Below, in pieces: positions 52,893 through 64,000 of a DNA stretch of 64,000 nucleotides; position 1 is the first letter of the stretch; the number at the start of each line of letters is the position of its first letter. This DNA comes from Neoechinorhynchus agilis (lineage: Eukaryota > Animalia > Acanthocephala): assembly GCA_051530055.1 (NCBI GenBank), contig CM121342.1, forward strand, positions 9,005,480 to 9,069,479, given 5' to 3'. The notes beneath the pieces were generated by a model. The model made no database searches. It saw only the letters and a list, made by a program, of their open reading frames with translations, and was not told the DNA's origin. Position numbers and translations under genes: made by a program.

Positions 52893-55800
52893 AACTCTAT
52901 CATTCCAAACGATTTTCTCTCAGTGACGAATATGGATATTTTTGTACTTTTATTAGTCTTTTAATCGTAAAATTCTTTGCAAATAACAAAAAATCAATTT
53001 TTTAAGAAAAGGTTGGGGCTAGAATATGTCCGCTTGTAACCCGAGCTTACAAGACAAAACAATTAAAAAAGAACTACTATGCAAATTATTCTTTTTTTAG
53101 AAATTACTCTTAAAGCGAGGTTTCCTCCTTCGAAATATTTCATAATAATAAAGGAATCGTGAACTGGGGCACCAGAATTCAATAGCTGGAAAACTTCGAT
53201 ATTTTATAAACGATTTATTCATAATTTTATAACGTATTTTTATAAATTAAAGTGATTAATATGGAATATTAATGACATATTAAAAAACTTAATTGCATTT
53301 TTCATAATTTATTTCTCTCAAAAATAAAACAAATCGATAAAAATATAATTTTAACAGTACAATGTCTAAAATAGACTCCTAATCTCATTCTTCGCAGAGC
53401 GGATAATATAACCAACTAAATCTATGAACTATAAATTGCTAACGACCATACTATTCGTGTAAGCGAATTAAAAAGTCATTCGGTTCTAGACTTGCCGAAG
53501 AACATAAGATTATTGGATGGCGTTGCCAGGAGCACTTTATTCCAATTACGGCGTATTATGTAGTTGTAGAAGAAATTCCAATACGATCCAACTATATCAT
53601 TGCATCTCTCGGCAACTATCCATTTCTAATCTTACTTCGCTCAGTTGAATCGAGTTTGAATAATCAGAATGCATCCCGCAGTGGGAGCAGAGTAAACTCA
53701 TTACCACCTTCCTGAAGAAACTCCAATGCAATCTCTTGTTTTTAGTGTGTTTTTGGAATAAGTAAAAGGGTCTTTGTTTGTAAATTGAGTTCAATGAAGT
53801 CAAGAACGCGCCAGTCCTTAACACCATCATCTAGTGAAAGAAATCCAATTTTTTAATGTTTCGCAAATGTCTTCAACATTCATAACATCGAAGAAAGCTT
53901 TTATCGCTATTCCCTCAGTCTTACGAATACTGATGAATTCACGACTATGCAACGATAAAGTATGTAAATGCTTAAGATATGGATTTCATTCAGCGAGATT
54001 TTCTTGCAACTTATTCTCCTTTGATGGACAAACCTGTTGGTGTTCAGTTTATTACTGTATTTTCCGACTTTATAGTGGGGCTAAAAGGTATTTAAAAATC
54101 TAGAACCCGAGATGAAGAAACGAAATTTAATCGTGCCATGAAATTCAATCCATCTTTTTGCGAAAAAAAACTGTCTTAGCTCGCTATTCTCCTCGGTTAA
54201 TTTCCATACATGCGTTGCTCGAGTTGAGTTCTACTAAGGAAAGGAGAAACAAGGAAATCCATTCAATTAGTTTGACTTTTTTTACAAGATTAAAGATAAA
54301 AAGGCTTATACTTGACGTATTGAGCTATAATAAGATTATCCTATTTTATATGAGTGCCACGAATTTCGTATAACAATACTGTTCTAAGAATTGACATTGT
54401 TCTTTGGTTTAATAGTGGTTTAATTTTTTACTGTTCAATAATTGCTGATTAGCGTAAGATACCTTCCGCTTTTTTAATTGGCTTTAAAATTTGCTACAAT
54501 ATAGAACTTACTTTTTTTTAATTTATTCATAAACCTAATTATAATCCTTTAAAGTAAATCTTGGTTTTAAAGTATTAGTTCCGAATTGTTAAGAGCGCAA
54601 TAATGTGTGAAAGGGTAACTTAGATTAAAATAATTTCCAGGGCTTATTTGCACTATATGCTCGAAGGTATTATGTGGAATCAGCACACTGAGATACCATC
54701 AAAATCCAGCGCCATATCAAAGATGAGCAAGCCCTCTAGAAAGGGGTACCATTAAGTCTGCCTTTTCCAGACATTCTGTGAATGGATCATAAATTCTGGA
54801 ATAAGTAAAACCGTCCGTTGCCCCTCCCCTAAGGCTTTGTTGACGGAATGTCTAAAAATTCATTTCTTCAACTTCCAAGTTTTGCTTTTGGTCCACGCTG
54901 CCGATGAGGACAATGTAGCAGAAAAGCAAAGAATCAGTAAAATGCCAAAATCTTGTAGTTATGGCATTGTCAACGTTTTGTAAATGTCGCTTTCATTAAG
55001 AATGACGATCGAGCCTTTCCTTGGTCTATCTATCTTTGTCATCCATGGGAATTTCATGGGAATCTGCTCTGCAAACATTTTATTTCAGATCGCTTTAAAG
55101 CTATAAACAATTCATATTCTTGTCAGGGAAAATGGTACATGTATGTGATTTTTTTAATTTACCAATTCTTTGGCCTAAAGTTATTTTGTCATTTTAAAGA
55201 CTCAATTGCTCGTCCTAATTTTACGAATTTGTCCCCATGGCGGTTATAGTATTGCACAGCACAATTTTAGGTGGCCCCGAGGCATTAGGATTATGTAGGA
55301 TAATACGCAGGTGCAGCAGCTCCGATTTCGAAATGTCTGGAAAATTATTGCGGTGTATATAGCCAAATTCGCTCAATCCACTAAATCGATGATGACTGAG
55401 CATTGTGATCTTGTCAACATTCCAATAATTTTACTAATAGGTGCTCAAAGATGTGAAATGAATCGCGATTTTAAATTGAGAATGATTGTATTTTTTATAA
55501 GAAGTATTTAAATAATTTCTTAAAGTGTCATTTTGAAAACATCTTTAAGAAACGTTGCCGCACAAATTCTTTAAAATCTCCTTATGAATCAAAATTCGAT
55601 ATTGGATCACTAAAGGGGCATCACATGTTTTTATAGTTTTTCCTTATACTCGTAAAAGTAAATGAATTTCCTAGCTACTTTATGCTTATCACATTGAATT
55701 CTGAATAGTGAAAAGCTTAACGCATATGTTGAACTCAAGAGGAGATAACATTTCGAATCTAGTTATACTACTTAGTTAACCATGCGATCGCTGAGCATAA

Positions 55801-56904
55801 GCAAATGTTCTTCATTCCTTATTTTCCATTTCCATGGCTCCAATGTCTCGCTGGCAATTTTTTCCTTATTATTAAGCCAACAATCGAGTGTGTGTTTAAG
55901 ATAAACGTTTCATTGCTGCTCATACTGTGTCGTTTCTAATGGATCATTTCATATAGACCCTGCTCAGTCTACATCTTCTAGCGATTCGATGCCGTGAAGC
56001 ATCCAAGAAACAATTGCCACTTTAAGCTTCGTTTTGGCAGCACGTTGGCAACGTCGCTCAAGCGACTATTTCTGGACCTTTAGAAGACGCGCAGACGGTG
56101 TAGACGAAGACTTCATGTGGAGGCGCCAGGAGAGAATTAGTTGCTCCCTGTTGTGCCACTCTCTCCCTTGTTTAGAAGGGGGAACAATCGACGATGATAT
56201 TACTATTCTATTATCTTGGGAAATTGTTAGGTGAGTCCAGGTGCCTATAGTCGCCGATTAACTTGGCAAACGTTTCTTTTGGTAAGTACTACCTTTTCTG
56301 TGTGTGTCTGAACTTTTACTTGCAAATATGGAATATCGCGTCCTTGTCGATAATGAAAACGGCAAAACAGTTTTTAGGATCCGTGTGCAAAATCTGAAAA
56401 TAATTCCATTAGACAAAATCCCACGGAGCGTATTATGCAGCCCATTATCCCATTTGGTCGAACCTTATCGTTTAAATGTTTTTTAGTGCGAATAATAGAC
56501 AAGGGAGGGAAGTTGGAAATCTAAAGTTAGTGTATCCATGTACTCAATGAACTAAACATTGATACAATTACTCACAAAAATCCTTTCCATACTTAAATCT
56601 TATCTTAAGCTAAACATAATATCCAAAGAGCGGTGGATCATAAATCAACACATTAATCGCGTTTACGAGACTCACCACACCGACTTGTAGCCAGCCAATA
56701 TGCTGATACCGAGTGCTTTTGTCGAAAGTGCGGAGAAATATCAAGTTTTACGGAAATTCAGGCAAACACTTTGTCTCTCTTTTGAAGATCTTTACGATAA
56801 CGACCTCTTTTCACAATCTGATCACCATAGTTTCAATCTGATCGGTCGACCTAATGGCCTCCTTTTAAAAAATAAAGTAGGTGTCTAAAGATCTATCTAA
56901 ATTC

Positions 56905-58765
56905 ATGTTTTATTAAATCCGATTATATTCGGAGCCACAATCTTGAACGCCTTTTTATCAAGGTTACTTTATCAATATATCAAGCCGATGTTTTCATCCA
57001 ATCAAAATGGGAATTAGCAATGAATTTAACTCTAAATACATTTATTTGCATTTATGGCGGTGAACAATTGAAGGAATTTTCGTTAAATCGGATTGTTTTC
57101 GGAACCACAATCTTGAACGCTTTTTTATCAAGGTTTCTTTTAGTAATATATCAAGCCGACGTTTTCGATCGGATAAAAATAAGAAAAATTTATATGTTTT
57201 GATCAACTGTGAAGAAAGGAACGCTGAATTTAACTCTAAATACATTCTTGGGTTTATTGCATTGAAAAATTGAGGGAATTTTATTAAATCCGATCGTTTT
57301 CGGAACCACAATCTTGAACACTTTTTTATCAAGGTTACTTTTATTAATATATCAAGCCGATGTTTTCGATCGGATAAAAATTGGAATTAGCACTGAATTT
57401 AACTCTAAATACATTTTTGGGTTTATTGCATTGAAAAATTGAAGCAAATTTTATTAAATCCGATTGTTTCCGAAAACACAATCTTGAACAATTTTTTATC
57501 AAGGTAACTTTTATTAATATATCAAGCCGATGTTTTCGATCGGATAAAGATAAGAAAAATGTATATGTTTAGATCAACTGTGAACAAAGGAACGCTGAAT
57601 TTAACTCCAAATATATTTTTGGGTTTATTGCATTGAAAAATTGAAGGAATTTTATTAAATCCTATCGTTTTCGGAACCACAATCTTGAACACTTTTTTAT
57701 CAAGGTTTCTTTTATTAATATATCAAGCCGACGTTTTCGATCGGATAAAAATAAGAAAAATTTATATGTTTAGATCAACTGTGAAGAAAGGAACGTTGAA
57801 TTTAATTCTAAATACATTTTTGGGTTTATTGCATTGAAAAATTGAAGGAATTTTATTAAATCGGATTGTTTCCGGAACCACAATTTTGAACGCTTTTTTA
57901 TCAAGGTTTCTTTTATTAATATATCAAGCCGATGTTTTCGATCGGATAAAAATTGGAATTAGCACTGAATTTAACTCCAAATATATTTTTGGGTTTATTG
58001 CATTGAAAAATTGAAGGAATTTTATTAAATTCGATTGTTTCCGAAAACACAATCTTGAACACTTTTCTATCAAGGTAACTTTTATTAATATATCAAGCCG
58101 ATGTTTTCGATCGGATAAAGATAAGAAAAATGTATATGTTTAGATCAACTGTGAACAAAGGAACGCTGAATTTAACTCCAAATATATTTTTGGGTTTATT
58201 GCATTGAAAAATTGAAGGAATTTTCGTTAAATCCGATTGTTTTCGGAACCACAATTTTGAACGCTTTTTTATCAAGGTTTCTTTTATTAATATCTCTAAC
58301 CGACGTTTTTCATCCAATCAAAATTAGAATTAACACTGAATTTAACTCTAAATGCATTTATTTGCATTTATGGCGGTGAACAATTGTAGGTATATTCGTT
58401 AAATCCGATTGTTTTCGGAACCACAATTTTGAACGCTTTTTTATCAAGGTTTCTTTTATTAATATATCAAGCCGACGTTTTCGATCGGATAAAAATAAGA
58501 AAAATTTATATGTTTAGATCAACTGTGAACAAAGGAACGCTGAATTTAACTCCAAATACATTTTTGGGTTTATTGCATTGAAAAATTGTAGGTGTATTCG
58601 TTAAATCCGATTGTTTTCGGAACCTCAATCTTGAACGCCTTTTTATCAAGGTTTCTTTTATTAATATATCAAGCCGGTGTTTTCGATCGGATAAAAATAA
58701 GAAAAATTTATGTTTAGATCAACTGTGAAGAAAGGAACGCTGAATTTAACTCTAAATACATTTGT
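56905..58765 (+). repeat. Tandem array with mixed 170-bp and 201-bp units, about 10 copies
   Basis: T(C/T)TTGAAC landmark at about 56941, 57111, 57312, 57482, 57683, 57884, 58053, 58255, 58427 and 58629; the unit core matches the solo copy at 33345-33420. Confidence 0.97.
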
Positions 58766-59104
58766 CTCTAAGCTTCGAAATTAGAAAGCATTCTAATAGT
58801 TTTCTATGACAAGGTAGAAATAGAATCGGAATTTTTGTGGCCTAAATTTACAACAATGGATTGGTTTCTAGCGTTCTCTTGAGCTTGCAAGCGTGCATTG
58901 TAAAGCCACCAAAAAGTGGCTTTTATGGACCGTTTCCACATACAGCAAAATTGCTGCCTTGACAACCAGAAAATTCTTATATGCCCATTTTTCTGTCGAA
59001 TGCCAACTGTTAAGTTCTAGAAAATTCACAACGACAACATTTAGTGGTTTATATCATTGCAATGAATTTCCTAGCATTTTGAACTAACTTTTTTTATTAG
59101 TCCT

Positions 59105-59170
59105 CACCCGGTAAAGAATTTTTATTAAAGACGTTTCGAACATTGTCAGAGGTTCATCATGAGTTCGAAA
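59105..59170 (-). repeat. Dispersed degenerate hammerhead-like motif
   Basis: CTCATGA-T-GAAC..GTTC-GAAACGTCTTTAATAAAAATTCTTTACCGGG. Confidence 0.6.
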
Positions 59171-59346
59171 ATCTTAAAAGGTTTGCAAAACGTCTTTAGG
59201 ACTTTTATATATTTTTTATTAAAAAATCGAAATCGCCGCCACTTATTAAGAGACAACAATATTCTTACCATTTTCAAGCTAATTTTTTCCTTTTTGATTG
59301 CGATCATTTTATTCTTAAGAGTCAATTATGTTTGAGAAGTTGTTCA

Positions 59347-59508
59347 TGATAAGAAAAATAGATATTGATTTATTAATTCTTAATATTTCATCCGTTTCGT
59401 CGGACTTCTTCAGGTTATTTAAGTGTATTATACTCACAACACCTGAAGAAGTCCAACTAAACGGACGAAATATTAAGAATTAATAAATCAGTCTCTATTT
59501 TTCTTATC
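59347..59508. repeat. Inverted repeat made of two divergent hammerhead cores
   Basis: Plus CTGAAGA-A-GTCC/AACTAAAC/GGAC-GAAA-TATT (59443-59474); minus CTGAAGA-A-GTCC/GACGAAAC/GGAT-GAAA-TATT; arms about 68 bp. Confidence 0.85.
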
Positions 59509-60508
59509 ACAGAAACAACATTTTATCTCGGTATAGTTCGATTTCAAAAAAGAAAGCCTTTTGACGCCTTTAATCGATTTGGTAAGTAAAACGCTTTTTC
59601 CAAAAAGCCGTCATTTCTCTCCTGGCACGTACATTCCATTCAACACATTGAAATTGTTCTGAGGACTCTTTTCATTCTCAATTCATCGCATGGCCAAACT
59701 TCCGTGCGTGTGCTTATATTCGCAATGAAAAGCATATTTTCAAATTTTCATCAGCTTAAATTACTTCCTTTAAATCATGCATCTAAGATTCCATCAACCG
59801 TAAGCGTCCACATCTTCGATCTTAGATCACAATAAAAAAACTATCAGTAGAACCATGGGAATCATTGTTTTAATCTAAGGAATCGGAAATTCAAAATGTT
59901 TTGCCTCGAGGTCTCATTGGAGGGGGCTCTAATAATAAGACGAAATTATCTTAACCAAAATTGAAGGACGCAATTGATTAACGGATAAATGAACAATGAC
60001 GTCACCATCTTAAAATACACGAATCTTTTTCAGTCTTTAAAAATAATACCATTATAAACGACCCGAACCTCCATGTTTCTCGGTCAGGGTCAGCAATCAT
60101 TCGAGACGCCGTCACTAAAGTTCGCTTTTATGTGTTCAATGAACCAAAACAGTGTCTTCTTCCGATTGCTTTCCATAATATCACTAAAGCATCTTTTTAA
60201 CGTTAAGCTTTTGTAAATGTTGATTTTTTCGCATTTTGTTCCGATCGTTCGAATACTCACACTTCTTTTTTACTCTTCTTATAATACCAAATCGCCTTAA
60301 GCCGACTGTCGAAAATAAACGTTCAATCGATAAAGCCACCGAGTTCATTCTGTTCACACAAATTTCCCCAATATGATAATCAAAAAATACTGCATCAATG
60401 CAACCAACTATGTCGAGTTATACAATCATTTTAACAATTGAACATTCTCATGCATTTGGAATAACACCAAAATAACCCTAAACGTCGGTGTTCCAACTCC
60501 ACATCTTT

Positions 60509-62408
60509 AACTCCCAGATTTCGGTGTTCAGTGTATTCCTAAGTTCATTTATCGGTATTTCGATTAACTTCATTGCTCATGAACATTCCGAAAAAAACCC
60601 GATATTTCAATCTCAAACTCTCTTATTATTTAAAATATTTATATCGTCTACTAATAATTATCTATTTCCTACTTAAATCTGCCCTTCCGACACGTCTTTA
60701 ACTCCCAGATTTCGGTGTTCAATGTATTCCTAAGTTCATTTATCGGTATTTCGATAACTTATTGCTCGTGAACATTCCGAAAAAACCCCCCCACCAACCC
60801 CAACAGTTCATTTATCGTATTTCGATAACTTCATTGCTCTGAACACCGAAAACCCGATATTTCAATCTCAAACTCTCTTATTATTTAAAATATTTCTATC
60901 GTCTACTAATAATTATCTATTTCCTACTTAATCTGCCCTTCCGCACTCTTTAACTCCCAGATTTCGGTGTTCAATGTATTCCTAAGTTCATTTATCGGTA
61001 TTTCGATAACTTCATTGCTCTGAACATTCCGAAAAACCCGATATTTCAATCTCAAACTCTCTTATTATTTAAAATATTTCTATCGTCTACTAATAATTAT
61101 CTATTTCCTACTTAAATCTGCCCTTCCGCACTCTTTAACTCCCAGATTTCGGTGTTCAATGTATTCCTAAGTTCATTTATCGGTATTTCGATGAACTTCA
61201 TTGCTCGTGAACATTCCGAAAAAAACCCGATATTTCAATCTCAAACTCTCTTATTATTTAAAATATTTCTATCGTCTACTAATAATTATCTATTTCCTAC
61301 TTAAATCTGCCCTTCCGACACGTCTTTAACTCCCAGATTTCGGTGTTCAATGTATTCCTAAGTTCATTTATCGGTATTTCGATGAACTTCATTGCTCGTG
61401 AACATTCCGAAAAAAACCCGATATTTCAATCTCAAACTCTCTTATTATTTAAAATATTTCTATCGTCTACTAATAATTATCTATTTCCTACTTAAATCTG
61501 CCCTTCCGACACGTCTTTAACTCCCAGATTTCGGTGTTCAATGTATTCCTAAGTTCATTTATCGGTATTTCGATGAACTTCATTGCTCGTGAACATTCCG
61601 AAAAGAACCCGATATTTCAATCTCAAACTCTCTTATTATTTAAAATATTTCTATCGTCTACTAATAATTATCTATTTCCTACTTAAATCTGCCCTTCCGA
61701 CACGTCTTTAACTCCCAGATTTCGGTGTTCAATGTATTCCTAAGTTCATTTATCGGTATTTCGATGAACTTCATTGCTCGTGAACATTCCGAAAAAAACC
61801 CGATATTTCAATCTCAAACTCTCTTATTATTTAAAATATTTCTATCGTCTACTAATAATTATCTATTTCCTACTTAAATCTGCCCTTCCGACACGTCTTT
61901 AACTCCCAGATTTCGGTGTTCAATGTATTCCTAAGTTCATTTATCGGTATTTCGATGAACTTCATTGCTCGTGAACATTCCGAAAAAAACCCGATATTTC
62001 AATCTCAAACTCTCTTATTATTTAAAATATTTCTATCGTCTACTAATAATTATCTATTTCCTACTTAAATCTGCCCTTCCGACACGTCTTTAACTCCCAG
62101 ATTTCGGTGTTCAATGTATTCCTAAGTTCATTTATCGGTATTTCGATGAACTTCATTGCTCGTGAACATTCCGAAAAAAACCCGATATTTCAATCTCAAA
62201 CTCTCTTATTATTTAAAATATTTCTATCGTCTACTAATAATTATCTATTTCCTACTTAAATCTGCCCTTCCGACACGTCTTTAACTCCCAGATTTCGGTG
62301 TTCAATGTATTCCTAAGTTCATTTATCGGTATTTCGATGAACTTCATTGCTCGTGAACATTCCGAAAAAAACCCGATATTTCAATCTCAAACTCTCTTAT
62401 TATTTAAA
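60509..62408 (+). repeat. Tandem array, 191-bp unit, about 10 copies
   Basis: AACTCCCAG at 60509, 60700, 60952, 61137, 61328, 61519, 61710, 61901, 62092 and 62283; right-hand units look essentially identical. Confidence 0.98.
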
Positions 62409-62823
62409 TGTTTGATCCATCGATTTAATTGGCTTAAAATGAAAATGGATTGCAAGAATAAGAAATTTGCATAAAAACGATCGCCAATCAACGTTTTCAA
62501 TCAATTATTTGTTGCGGCATAAAGATTCCATGTAGCCCCCCAGATGACGTCATCCGTGCACTTTTCTTAATCTCGTCTAATTATCAAATGCGCGCGCGCT
62601 CACCTTATTGACGTGTTCATCTGGTGCGTGCGCGTATCACCGATGGACCGCGCGCGCGCTCGTGCGTACGACCTTCACATCTTCGTTTTTCTCCCTCAAA
62701 AGCGCTCCTTCAGGTGCCTGTCTGTTGATCTCTCATTGATAAGAGGAACATGAACGTGTGTTTATGGAGGATTGATTGTTCTTTTCTTCTTTTGTGCATC
62801 CGTATCATTCGCGTATTTGTTAG

Positions 62824-63321
62824 ATGGGTACTTGTGGAAGCCGACATCGTAAACGCTCGGCCGACTTAGCCGCCGAGAGCGTTGATGTCTCACTCATCTC
62901 ACCGGTTAAAGAGGAACCTCGAGATTATTACGACGAGGCTGCTGTATTCTCGTCAAATACCAATGAAAGCAATGCTCTCGATTCAAGTCAACCGAATACA
63001 CCGGTCGTCATGTCCGATACAAAACTCGTCCGAACAACAACAGCAACCTCATCGCTCGATATGGTCACTATTCCCGATCCGGTGGAACCTGTGCCCGGTT
63101 CCGTCCCTGCACATTACCAAGGAATCTCACTCAGTGATGCTCTCAGAGCTGCTCGAGTTGCCTTCTATTCTGGTCTCCATATTCGACTTATGCCCACCGC
63201 TCAACAATTCGGAAAATATGACGTCCATGTTTCTCATGGAGGAGTACTCTTTCCACTTGCATTTCTCCTTGGGAACGCCTTTACTTTTCCTAAAATTCGA
63301 AAATTCCGATTTTTACTGTGA
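62824..63321 (+). CDS. 5' exon of an unidentified gene with a lipidation-type start (MGTC)
   Basis: ttag|ATG after a GC-rich promoter-like region (GCGCGC tracts, palindromic GATGACGTCATC at about 62543); true 3' splice boundary unresolved. Confidence 0.55.
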   Translation: MGTCGSRHRKRSADLAAESVDVSLISPVKEEPRDYYDEAAVFSSNTNESNALDSSQPNTPVVMSDTKLVRTTTATSSLDMVTIPDPVEPVPGSVPAHYQGISLSDALRAARVAFYSGLHIRLMPTAQQFGKYDVHVSHGGVLFPLAFLLGNAFTFPKIRKFRFLL

Positions 63322-64000
63322 ATTTCTTTAAAATTTGACTATATTATTTACAATTTTTTTGAGATCAACATTTTTTCTGAAAACATTATCTCAAAAATTG
63401 TTTGCTGCTTTTTTTATTAGATACTTTTTTAGAAATCACTTTGATTTTTGTTATCGTAAATACCGATTTTTACTGCGAATTTCTTTACAATTTGACTCTT
63501 TTATTCAAATTTTTTTGAGATCAACTTTGGTGTTTTTTGCTGAAAAATATTATCTCGAAAATCGACGCTTTTCTTTTTTAGCAAGTTTACTCGATTTATT
63601 TTACATTTCATTTGATATTTAATTTAGAAGACAAAAAATGTTAAATCGCGTAACAAATATTATTTACAATTCCAGCGTTTTGATGTATTGCTTAAGCTCT
63701 GGTATTCTTAAATCCTTTATCACTTAATTCTAAAGATTTATTTGTCGTAGAAACCTACAAAGAAATTGGTTATTTTATTGAAGGTATTGCGCACTCTACC
63801 AATTGACCAAAACATTTTATTCACTTGTTATACAACAAACAATGAACATAAGTTTTGAGTTTATTTTGAAGTTGTTGTTTTTACAACTCTGAATCTTCTA
63901 ATTTGGTTAGGACAGATTTTCGTTGATTCCGGTTTTTTTTCCTTCAAGATAAAGCACGATAACTTTCGAGTGCAAGTAGATGGCACAGAAAAGGTTGAAG

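Noticed and set aside
59540-59900. Possible Penelope RT remnant on the minus strand (YKHTHGSLAM resembling the Q..G.AMG motif)
   Set aside because: Only one weak motif among many stops; not enough to annotate
62824-63321. PDE8-like identity for the last gene (MG.C start, QFG motif)
   Set aside because: No catalytic or regulatory domain is visible in the window
57020-63622. Short ORFs in the satellites and the AT-rich tail (57020, 57042, 58093, 60488, 63335)
   Set aside because: Products of repeated low-complexity AT-rich DNA with no protein-like features

Overview
Compact, AT-rich metazoan genomic DNA with short GT-AG introns (about 30-80 nt); the species cannot be named from sequence alone. 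Host genes I can support: a sarcoglycan-family gene, an Ig-domain gene, an RFX transcription factor, a Tctex-1-like dynein light chain, RPL10, a DAPK-like CaM kinase, a SIAH/sina E3 ligase, KIAA0930/DUF2045-like, MRPL38, USE1, RABGGTA, an intronless gene with four tandem LEDGF-IBD/TFIIS-N-like helical domains, and several orphan ORFs. These are interleaved with decayed retroelements (CRE-like RLE LINEs, CR1/L2-like and RTE fragments, Penelope-like elements), MITE-like palindromes and five tandem-repeat arrays. The most striking unexplained structure is a window-wide family of hammerhead-ribozyme-like motifs of the Penelope-terminus type (CTGA-N-GA...CGAAA...AATAAA). It occurs singly, as back-to-back palindromic pairs, and in degenerate form inside the satellites, whose 170-320 bp units match the size range of metazoan retrozymes. 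Other points of note: a DRG2 exon captured inside a Penelope remnant, 522-bp direct repeats bracketing the 4x IBD-like gene, and three X-boxes at a near-constant distance from start codons around the RFX gene. All family assignments come from motif recognition by eye; no database searches or RNA folding were run.
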